From Candidatus Electronema halotolerans (lineage in GTDB: Bacteria > Desulfobacterota > Desulfobulbia > Desulfobulbales > Desulfobulbaceae): DNA of 32,000 nucleotides. Positions 8,006-15,147 of this stretch are shown here, piece by piece. The stretch spans positions 1,920,001 through 1,952,000 of the forward strand of contig OW818675.1 of NCBI GenBank assembly GCA_942493095.1, in the 5' to 3' direction. A program made the position numbers and the translations under genes. The stretch's first letter is position 1; the number at the start of each line of letters is the position of its first letter. The notes under the pieces are model-generated. The model had not been told where the DNA came from, did no database searches, and saw only the letters and a list, made by a program, of their open reading frames with translations.

Positions 8006-9922
8006 TTATGCTGTTTCCAGCTTCTGCCGCACGCTTGGGAAGAGCTGCATGTCCGTGTGCGGCAGGAAAAGCGCGGCCATGTAGTGCTGCATGAACTGCG
8101 GATTCTCGGACAGCTCCATGTTGGTGATGAGCTGCCGGGTGGCTTCCAGCTCCTGAAAGCGGCTCATGTCGGTCAGGCTGATCTGGCAGCCGAGCAGCGA
8201 GGCATTGCCGAGATAATAAAAATGCTCGCGGCTGATGTCCGGCAACATGCCAATGCAGATCGCCTGCTCCAAATCCAGATAGGCCCCGAAATTGCCTGCC
8301 AAAATGACCTGATCCAAGTCCGCGAAGCTCAGGCCGACTGACTCCAGCAGGGTCTGATAGCCCGCATACATGGCCCCTTTGGCCCGCATCAGATTGTCAA
8401 TATCGACCTCTGTGAGGACGATGTCCTCGCCGACCAGCGAGTTTGCCGCCCAGACCAAGACATATTCCCAGCCATCCCGTGCCTCCCGGATGCGGGGCGT
8501 GCTCAGGTCGCGGCGGAACTTGCCCTGCTGATCAATGACCCTGTTTTCCAGCAGTTCGGCAATGATGGCAATCAGGCCGGAGCCGCAGATGCCTGCGGGC
8601 CTGCTCTGACCCACCGTGACGATCATCGGCTCAAAGGTTTCAGGGTGAATCTGGAATTTCTCTATTGCCCCGCTTGTCGCCCTCATGCCGAACTGAATGC
8701 CGCCGCCCTCAAAGGCCGGTCCGGCGGAGCAGGCTGCGCAGGCCATCCAGTCCTTGCCGCCGACCACGATCTCGCCGTTGGTGCCAATGTCAATGAACAG
8801 GCTGATCTTGTCTGACTTGGCCATCTGGCAGGCATGAACGCCGGAGACAATATCGCCGCCCACATAGGAGGCAATGCAGGGATGGAAGAACAAGCGGGTG
8901 GAGGGATGCGCATGAATGCCCAAATCGGCGGCCTTGACCAAAGGGAACTGGCTGACGCTGGGCACATAAGGAGCCTCGCGCAGGTATTTGGGATCAATGC
9001 TCAGGAGCAGGTGAGACATGACCGTGTTGCCTGCGGCACTGATGCAGGCGATGTCTGAGGGCGGAATGACCCGCTGACGGCAGATGTCCTCAATGATGGT
9101 GTTGATGGTGCTGACCGCCTTGGCCTGCAAGGTTTTCAGGCCGCCGGGCCGCCCAGCAGAGATGATCCGGGAAATGACATCCTCGCCCAAGCTGATCTGA
9201 TCGTTGTAATTAGACGATTCAGCCAGCACCTCGCCGTTGCGCAGATTGAGCAGCAGGCCGGTGCAGGTGGTGGTGCCGATGTCCAAGGCCAGCCCGTAGA
9301 GCTTGGCCGTAGTGTCGCCCGCCTCAATGTCAATGATGCGGAGGGGATTGCCCTGCCGGAGCAAAAGGGTGACTCGCCAGTCGCCGTCGCGCAGAGTTCG
9401 GGGCAGATACTTGAGCAGGTCCGGGAAGTCGTACAGCAGTTCGCCCTCGTATTCGGGCAGAGCCTGCCTGAGCGCACGGATGACCCGCTGCATGTCCGCC
9501 ATGTTGTCCTCAATGGTTGGCGGCGGCAGTTCCAAGCAGATTTTCCGCACCGGCGGATTGGCTGTCCAGTGGCCGATCAGGCTGTCCAAGGCGTTGGCCG
9601 AGGCGCTGCGGGTGGTTTTAGGCCGATGCTTGAGCGCCTTGCCGCCCTTGGTGGTCAGCTCCGGGACTGTGACCTCCAGATCAGACTCGGCTGTGGTCCG
9701 GCAGGCGAGGCGGAAGCCCTTGTCCCAGTCCTCCTGTCGGAGATTGGCCTTGTCCGAACGCACCTCGCCCTTGACCAGCACCTTGCACTTGCCGCAGACT
9801 CCTTCGCCGCCGCAGCTCGCAGGAATATAGACTCCGGCCTTGGCCGCCGCAGTGAGGATGGTGTCGTCCTTGTCAGCAGCAACGCTGATCTTTTCTGGCA
9901 GAAAGGTGATGGTGCGCTTCAT
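8006..9922 (-). CDS. 2Fe-2S ferredoxin domain fused to an ASKHA ATPase (DUF4445), resembling the RACo reductive activator of corrinoid proteins.
   Basis: The N-terminus is plant-type ferredoxin-like (ASCGGEGVCGKCKV...LACR). ASKHA phosphate motifs follow (LALDIGTTT, FIDIGTNGE). The likely start is the ATG at 9922 (MKRTITF), with GGAG 5 nt upstream. Confidence 0.75.
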   Translation of the reverse strand: MKRTITFLPEKISVAADKDDTILTAAAKAGVYIPASCGGEGVCGKCKVLVKGEVRSDKANLRQEDWDKGFRLACRTTAESDLEVTVPELTTKGGKALKHRPKTTRSASANALDSLIGHWTANPPVRKICLELPPPTIEDNMADMQRVIRALRQALPEYEGELLYDFPDLLKYLPRTLRDGDWRVTLLLRQGNPLRIIDIEAGDTTAKLYGLALDIGTTTCTGLLLNLRNGEVLAESSNYNDQISLGEDVISRIISAGRPGGLKTLQAKAVSTINTIIEDICRQRVIPPSDIACISAAGNTVMSHLLLSIDPKYLREAPYVPSVSQFPLVKAADLGIHAHPSTRLFFHPCIASYVGGDIVSGVHACQMAKSDKISLFIDIGTNGEIVVGGKDWMACAACSAGPAFEGGGIQFGMRATSGAIEKFQIHPETFEPMIVTVGQSRPAGICGSGLIAIIAELLENRVIDQQGKFRRDLSTPRIREARDGWEYVLVWAANSLVGEDIVLTEVDIDNLMRAKGAMYAGYQTLLESVGLSFADLDQVILAGNFGAYLDLEQAICIGMLPDISREHFYYLGNASLLGCQISLTDMSRFQELEATRQLITNMELSENPQFMQHYMAALFLPHTDMQLFPSVRQKLETA

Positions 9923-9964
9923 GCAGGCTCCGTTTTGGGCAATGGATAATTTGGGATGCGGCAG

Positions 9965-9994
9965 ACTATAGCATATTGCAGGGGAAAAAGGCAA
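9965..9994 (-). promoter_or_regulatory. Candidate sigma70 promoter with an extended -10 for the RACo-like operon.
   Basis: On the minus strand the sequence reads TTGCCT-N18-TATAGT, with TGc immediately upstream of the -10 box. It lies about 40 nt upstream of the ATG at 9922. Confidence 0.35.
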
Positions 9995-10039
9995 CCGGGG
10001 AGCACCGCGCCACGCCTGTTCCGCATCAGAGCCGCTGCT

Positions 10040-10954
10040 TCACAGCCGCAGCTGGCTGCTGTGGGCCATGCCGAAGAAGCCGCGTGGCCGGAAGGTCAGA
10101 ATCACCAGAATGACGGTGTAGGCGATCAGGTCGCGGAAAGTGGAGGGAAAGACCATTGCCGTGAAAATTTCAATTGCGCCGAGCAGATACCCGGCCAAAG
10201 CCGCGCCCATGATCGAGCCGCGCCCGCCGAGGATGGCGGCGACAAAGGCTTTCCAGCCAAGCAGCACACCCATGTACGGATCCAGCACCGGATAGGCTTG
10301 GCCGTAGAGAACCCCTGCCACCGAAGCCAAGCCCGCGCCAATGGCAAAAGTGAGCGGGGCCAGCACATTGACAGAAATGCCCATCAGCGGCACCGCCTGA
10401 AACTCGTATGACATGGCCCGCATGGCCATGCCCCATTTGCTGCGATGGATGAAAAGGTGCAGGCCGACCATCAGCAGCAGTGAAACCACGATGATCAGCA
10501 CCTTGACATTGGTGAGATAAACCCCGCCGATCTGCCACGTCTGCGACTCAATCAGGGCCGGGAAACTCAGCCGCTTGGTGCCGAGGAGAATCAGATTGGC
10601 GTTTTCCAAGATGATGCCGATCATCAGGCCGGTGATGGCGGCAGAGGCGCGGGGCGCATGGCGCAGGGGCCGGTAGCCGACCACTTCCACTGCAACCCCC
10701 AGCCACGCGGTAAGAAACATGGTGATCGCCACAGTGAGGAGAAAAATCGTCCAGCCCGGCAGGAACGGCCCCAGTAAGGCCAGCAGCAGCGTGGCAATGC
10801 CGCAGCCTATATAGGTGCCGGTCATGAAGATGTCGCCGTGGGCAAAATTGAAGAGCATCAGCACGCCATAAACCATTGAGTAGCCAATCGATATGACGGC
10901 GTAAAAGCTGCCCCACTGGAGAGCGTTGATCAGATTTTGGAGAAAATAGTCCAT
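10040..10954 (-). CDS. livH: Branched-chain amino acid ABC transporter permease LivH.
   Basis: There is full-length similarity to the LivH pattern ([30 protein letters not shown]..., [18 protein letters not shown]). No livM, livG, livF or binding-protein gene is adjacent. Confidence 0.85.
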   Translation of the reverse strand: MDYFLQNLINALQWGSFYAVISIGYSMVYGVLMLFNFAHGDIFMTGTYIGCGIATLLLALLGPFLPGWTIFLLTVAITMFLTAWLGVAVEVVGYRPLRHAPRASAAITGLMIGIILENANLILLGTKRLSFPALIESQTWQIGGVYLTNVKVLIIVVSLLLMVGLHLFIHRSKWGMAMRAMSYEFQAVPLMGISVNVLAPLTFAIGAGLASVAGVLYGQAYPVLDPYMGVLLGWKAFVAAILGGRGSIMGAALAGYLLGAIEIFTAMVFPSTFRDLIAYTVILVILTFRPRGFFGMAHSSQLRL

Positions 10955-11057
10955 TGCAGGCGGAACAGGTTGTTTTTATGCAATTTGATTCGTGCCGACA
11001 TAAACTGAACCTCCTCACATCGACGGATTTTGGTAAATGTTCATTGCTGCATTCAGA

Positions 11058-11159
11058 GTAGCCGAACCGCCAGCGCAGCTCCGGCATCTGCTCAAAATTC
11101 ATGCCGTAAACACCGGCAATGAAGGTTAGGGAAATAAAGATGGTGGAGATGATGGCAGG
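11058..11159 (-). pseudogene. corA: Remnant of a corA magnesium transporter gene, covering only the TM1 and GMN-motif region.
   Basis: The minus-strand translation [34 protein letters not shown] contains the CorA signature YGMNF..MPEL. There is no upstream CorA body, because the sequence changes character at about 11160. No hydrophobic TM2 follows the motif. Confidence 0.7.
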
Positions 11160-11430
11160 GTAAACGCATGACTTATTCTTGACAAATCATACGTTTGCCC
11201 TGCGAAGCAGGAAGAGAGCAGCTCTAAGCAGCCCGCATGGCGCAAGAAGATGATTGGGCTGGTGTTTGATACAACCTTCATTCCGCGCTGGATATTTGTC
11301 TGGCAGTCTGCAAATCTTCTTCAACAGACTCAGATGCGACGATATAACCGGTTGAGAAATACTCTTTCAACCGTTTTTTAAAATTGTCAAACCCTAAGCC
11401 CAATGAATGGTGATGGTGAACTGTGAGTGA

Positions 11431-12168
11431 TCAATTAAACAAAAGATTATTATTATAATCTTGAATGAACCTCCAGACAGATGCAGTTAAATTTTCGATG
11501 CTTCTCGAAAATGAAATGGTCTTTCTGACAAGTGCAGACAATCTTTGTCTGAATGTCAAATTGAGCCTTTCGATATGACTTGTTTTTCCGCTTCCTTTGC
11601 TGACAATTCTATGCCTTTCAGCTGGAAACACGCTCGAATAAGCGGCGAGTCCATCCGTAAAAAATATTCCGTTCTTTTTGCAATCTTCAGAAAGGGAGTC
11701 CCACAAGGCGGCTGCTCCTGCATTATCTCTTTTTCCAACATGATATCCGACAATAAGCTTTGTTCTTCTCTCGACAGCAAGCCATATCCAAATATCATTT
11801 TCCTTGTCACCAACGAAAGTCCACATTTCATCGGCTTCGATGAAGATTTTTCCGTTGCGGGACATATTGAAAGCCTCTTTTTTGACTTCATTTCGTTTTT
11901 TTTTAACATATTCCTGAAGCCATCTTTTTGAGATGGAAACGGCTCTCGCAATCCCAGCCAAGGAGATTCTTTCAACAAGAAGCTTATCAACTATGCGCCA
12001 TTCAGCATCAGATATTGTTTTGTTCTGAGGATTCTCAACGAATTGACGTGAGCAGTCCTTACATAAAAATTTCTTTTTCCCATTCGCATTGGAGCCATTT
12101 TTCACAATGACTGATGAACCACATCTTGGGCATTGCACAGCTTTCTTCTCCATGTTTGTTTTTTTCAT
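11431..12168 (-). CDS. IS1-family transposase in the single-ORF fused InsA-InsB form.
   Basis: The N-terminus has a zinc finger (CPRCGS...CKDCSRQF) and an HTH. The DDE core carries IS1-typical motifs: EADEMWTFV, FTDGLAAY and HIERLNLTFRQRL..LVRKT.SFS. Confidence 0.9.
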   Translation of the reverse strand: MKKTNMEKKAVQCPRCGSSVIVKNGSNANGKKKFLCKDCSRQFVENPQNKTISDAEWRIVDKLLVERISLAGIARAVSISKRWLQEYVKKKRNEVKKEAFNMSRNGKIFIEADEMWTFVGDKENDIWIWLAVERRTKLIVGYHVGKRDNAGAAALWDSLSEDCKKNGIFFTDGLAAYSSVFPAERHRIVSKGSGKTSHIERLNLTFRQRLSALVRKTISFSRSIENLTASVWRFIQDYNNNLLFN

Positions 12169-12231
12169 AATGACGGCTTGACATGCGCATCCGACGAAGA
12201 GCCGATGGGACAGAGAGCATCCCTTGCCGCC

Positions 12232-12259
12232 AGTATATTATATTTTCCAGCAATTTCAA
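12232..12259 (-). promoter_or_regulatory. Candidate promoter of the IS1 transposase, inside the right end of the element.
   Basis: The minus strand reads TTGAAA-N16-TATACT, about 60 nt upstream of the ATG at 12168. Confidence 0.35.
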
Positions 12260-12521
12260 CATATTTTCAACCCATCACTCACGATTCACCATTACCAATG
12301 AATTCGCTGCGGCCTGAAAGCTCATCTTGTGCGCATGGTATATGCCAGCCGCTAAGAAGAAACGTGCCAATTCCGCTGGACCTGCAAAGACATGAACAGC
12401 AATTTGTCTTAACTGTTTGAAGGATTCGTCACATTGATGCGGTCTATCAATAAAGTTGCCATAGTGGATTAGATTACTTTGCGCTTAACGATTTGCTTAT
12501 AAAAATTAATATTCTGATTAA

Positions 12522-13571
12522 TTAATTTGTCGTATCTTTCTCTTCCGTTATGTTCGGTTCTTGAGGAAGACGAATATCACCCTCAACAGGATTCAGTTTA
12601 AGATGCTGCTCTTGAACCGCGCTTTTATTAGATTCAACAACATCTGATATTGCTTCAAACAGATGCGAATGATTAACTTTCTTTTCCGAGTCGGGCTTAT
12701 CCTCTTTCGCCGCCGAAACAACTCCTTTTAATACAGCATTTTTAATGTCACGTCCAGAAATATCTTTGAATTCTGACGCTAACTTTGAAAAATCAACATC
12801 ATTATCCAGTGGCAATTTATCAGGAATTTGTATCTTCCAAATAGCCTTCCGTGACTCCTCGTCTGGCAATTCAAAATGTAGTTTCCAACGAATCCTGCTC
12901 AAAAAAGCTGGGTCATAGTTACCTATTAAATTTGTAGCGAAAATTATAACTCCTTCATAATTTGATAGCTGAGTTATCATTACACTTCTTGTTAAATTAA
13001 CGGCTGTATCTGTAGATTGAGTAACATTTTCCAGCCGTTTTCCAAGAAAAGAATCCGCCTCATCAAAAAAAAGAATAGCTTTATGTTCCGCAGCAAAAGT
13101 AAACGCACTGACAATATTTTTAGGAGTGTCCCCAACATATTTTGATTCAAGTTGTGAGTACGGGAGAACTATAATTTTTGATTTCAAGGTATAAGCCAAT
13201 GCCTCAGCAGCCAATGTCTTTCCTGTACCTGGAGGGCCTGAAAAATTCACAGAAAGGGCTTTATCTAATTTATGTTTTTCCCCAATTCCCCATTTGTTAT
13301 AAATTAAGTCGTAATGTTTAATTTCAGCCAAAACAGACTCTATCTGTTTTTTTGTATTTTTTGGTAAAATAACATCATTTAATGTATATTTAGGTTCACG
13401 AAGATATAACGAAAAATCAATTAATGAAGAAGGCGTTGATGAATTACAATTTTCTTCTTTGTTATCGTCAGCATCTTCAACAACACCCTTTTTTAAGGAA
13501 CTCACCTTTCCTTTGGAAAAATTTCTGAATTTCTCCATTCTCTCGTCTAAAGGCAAATCGTATCGCGGCAT
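12522..13571 (-). CDS. Classical-clade AAA+ ATPase with one AAA module and an N-terminal region of about 100 aa with no recognised domain.
   Basis: Walker A is GPPGTGKT (nt 13215-13238) and Walker B is ILFFDEAD. A second region of homology is present (IIFATNLIGNYDPAFLSRIR), as is a lid segment (ISGRDIKNAV). The ATG at 13571 is preceded by AGAGGGGG; the track's TTG at 13589 is less likely. Confidence 0.85.
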   Translation of the reverse strand: MPRYDLPLDERMEKFRNFSKGKVSSLKKGVVEDADDNKEENCNSSTPSSLIDFSLYLREPKYTLNDVILPKNTKKQIESVLAEIKHYDLIYNKWGIGEKHKLDKALSVNFSGPPGTGKTLAAEALAYTLKSKIIVLPYSQLESKYVGDTPKNIVSAFTFAAEHKAILFFDEADSFLGKRLENVTQSTDTAVNLTRSVMITQLSNYEGVIIFATNLIGNYDPAFLSRIRWKLHFELPDEESRKAIWKIQIPDKLPLDNDVDFSKLASEFKDISGRDIKNAVLKGVVSAAKEDKPDSEKKVNHSHLFEAISDVVESNKSAVQEQHLKLNPVEGDIRLPQEPNITEEKDTTN

Positions 13572-13590
13572 TTTAGCCCCCTCTTGCAAG

Positions 13591-14190
13591 TCAATCTATC
13601 TGGATAATCAGAGTGTCAAAAAATAAATTACGTTTCATTTCTCCGTATTTATCTGATTTAGTCATCATAGAATCGATACCGCTGAATATTGTATCTATAA
13701 ATTTCATCCCAATACGACCCTCAAATTCTGGAGGTTTTGGAGGAGCAACGAATCTCCTGAATAAATGAGAGAACAATTCGATACATATAACTTTCCATCT
13801 TTGATAAGATTCTCCGGTTAATCCATTGTCTAATATTATAATATCACGTAATCCAGAAGATTTTGTATCTGAAACTATCTTCAGATCATTCTGGTCAATG
13901 CTTGGAACTTTATATCCTCTTTGACTATCTTTGACATCTGGATTATATGCCCAGATTTTAAGATATCGAAAATCACAACTTCGCATTTGACGACTTTTCA
14001 TAAATATCGGCTTAACGATTAAGTCGTCAAAGAAATGCTGTGCTTTTTCACTGACAACGCACTTTCCGTTAGACAGTTTTTCTCCTGGAATCCCTATTAC
14101 TTCAATAGTTTTTAAACTCCCGTCCGCGTTTGAGGAGTTAAAACCTATTTGGAGAAAAATTTCTTCACGTTGCTCATTAACTCGTGGCAT
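13591..14190 (-). CDS. Hypothetical 199-aa protein with no recognisable motif.
   Basis: It is an intact ORF with an AAAGAGG Shine-Dalgarno 7 nt upstream. It is tightly packed between the small membrane protein gene and the ATPase gene, and shares the AT-rich composition of its neighbours. Confidence 0.6.
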   Translation of the reverse strand: MPRVNEQREEIFLQIGFNSSNADGSLKTIEVIGIPGEKLSNGKCVVSEKAQHFFDDLIVKPIFMKSRQMRSCDFRYLKIWAYNPDVKDSQRGYKVPSIDQNDLKIVSDTKSSGLRDIIILDNGLTGESYQRWKVICIELFSHLFRRFVAPPKPPEFEGRIGMKFIDTIFSGIDSMMTKSDKYGEMKRNLFFDTLIIQID

Positions 14191-14205
14191 GACAAACCTC
14201 TTTAT

Positions 14206-14547
14206 TCAGTGCCAATTTTGTAATTTAAGCTTCTTGGCTTCGCTTCGTTGCTTTGGCAAAGGTGAACTTTGGGGAGCTTGTTCCAGCGTAAAAACTTGAG
14301 ATGGCTTGCTATCACAATGAGTTGGGTCCCAAATTTCCATTATAGTTTCTCCTAAGGCATATCCTGCATAAAAGATAACATACAACGTTGAAACATAACC
14401 AAAAGCAGCAATTAAAACAGCAGCAACAGCTATTTCCCATAATTCTTGAAGAAGATATATCAACCCTTCCAAAAAAGCCTTTACTGCTCTTCCTAACCAA
14501 TCAAGCAGTTGATCAAGCAAACTGCCTAACCATGAAAAAAGTCCCAT
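14206..14547 (-). CDS. Small (113 aa) membrane protein, paralog 1, with a conserved C-terminal tail.
   Basis: A GGAGA Shine-Dalgarno lies 8 nt upstream. An amphipathic N-terminus (FSWLGSLLDQLLDWLGRAV) precedes a TM segment (IAVAAVLIAAFGYVSTLYVIFYAGYAL). The tail is QAPQSSPLPKQRSEAKKLKL. Confidence 0.6.
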   Translation of the reverse strand: MGLFSWLGSLLDQLLDWLGRAVKAFLEGLIYLLQELWEIAVAAVLIAAFGYVSTLYVIFYAGYALGETIMEIWDPTHCDSKPSQVFTLEQAPQSSPLPKQRSEAKKLKLQNWH

Positions 14548-14568
14548 TTTTTTATCTCCATATTTTTT

Positions 14569-14982
14569 TTAACTTAGCTTAAGTTTGCCAGCAATAACTT
14601 GCTTGTTAGGCAATGGAGCATCAGATGGTGCTTGCCCTATGGAGCCTATAGATGTTTCCTCTGTGCTCGGATTCATAAATCCAAGATAAACTTCATCGTC
14701 TTCTTGAAACAAGAAAACAATACATTCTTTAATATATCCAAACGCTTCTCTTATTAGGGATTTAACATCCTCCCATTGATTCTGAAGGAATTCAGCTATA
14801 TTAGCCAGAAAAATCTCAGTAGCTTCAGTGATGTATCCAAGAATTCCTTTAACGTCTGCAACAAAACTTTTCCATAAATCAACAAACCGTGGCCATAACG
14901 CATCAATAATTTTTGAAGCGGCATAAACTGTTGCGGCACCTGCCGCAATACCTATTACAGCACGCAATAATATATCTAACAT
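14569..14982 (-). CDS. Small (137 aa) membrane-associated protein, paralog 2, with a conserved C-terminal tail.
   Basis: An AGAGGAA Shine-Dalgarno lies upstream. An N-terminal hydrophobic helix (LRAVIGIAAGAATVYAA) is followed by amphipathic helices. The tail is QAPSDAPLPNKQVIAGKLKL. Confidence 0.6.
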   Translation of the reverse strand: MLDILLRAVIGIAAGAATVYAASKIIDALWPRFVDLWKSFVADVKGILGYITEATEIFLANIAEFLQNQWEDVKSLIREAFGYIKECIVFLFQEDDEVYLGFMNPSTEETSIGSIGQAPSDAPLPNKQVIAGKLKLS

Positions 14983-15080
14983 GACATTCCTCTGTTAGTC
15001 TTTATATAGCGACTTCGGGGTTCCTCGAAAAATACAACATCCATTCTGCTGCATTTGTTTTGTTATTTTTTATTTTAATA

Positions 15081-15108
15081 TTGAAATTTCAGTCTATTAT
15101 GTTATAAT
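15081..15108 (+). promoter_or_regulatory. Candidate sigma70 promoter of the IS5 transposase.
   Basis: The sequence is TTGAAA-N16-TATAAT with TGt directly upstream of the -10 box. It lies 40 nt upstream of the ATG at 15148. Confidence 0.45.
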
Positions 15109-15147
15109 TTCGGCATCAATTCAACTCATGCTGCCGGAGATGCACAG

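Larger units (their letters stand above)
11409..12296 (-). mobile_element. Intact IS1-family insertion sequence (888 bp).
   Basis: The terminal inverted repeats are GGTGATGGTGAACTGTGAGTGAT (11409-11431) and the reverse complement GGTAATGGTGAATCGTGAGTGAT (12274-12296), matching at 20/23. They resemble the IS1 ends (GGTGATG...TGAT). Flanking direct repeats are (CC)AATGAAT at 11400/11402-11408 and 12295/12297-12303. Confidence 0.9.

Noticed and set aside
10548-11102. A 184-aa minus-strand ORF starting [15 protein letters not shown].
   Set aside because: Only its first roughly 15 codons are CorA-like. The rest runs out of frame through livH and is Cys/Arg-rich noise. I annotated it as a corA remnant instead.
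11556-11990. A 144-aa ORF in an alternative frame of the IS1 transposase strand.
   Set aside because: The zero frame already encodes a complete IS1-type zinc-finger/HTH/DDE protein. The alternative frame has no transposase motifs. It is relevant only in that a +1 shift at the A9 run would enter it.
14983-15018. I tried to reconstruct a native sigma70 promoter for the AAA+ operon across the IS5 insertion site (TTGATA ... TATATA).
   Set aside because: In the reconstructed empty site the spacing is 20 nt, outside the usual 16-19 nt window. I therefore do not call a promoter and report only the position of the insertion.
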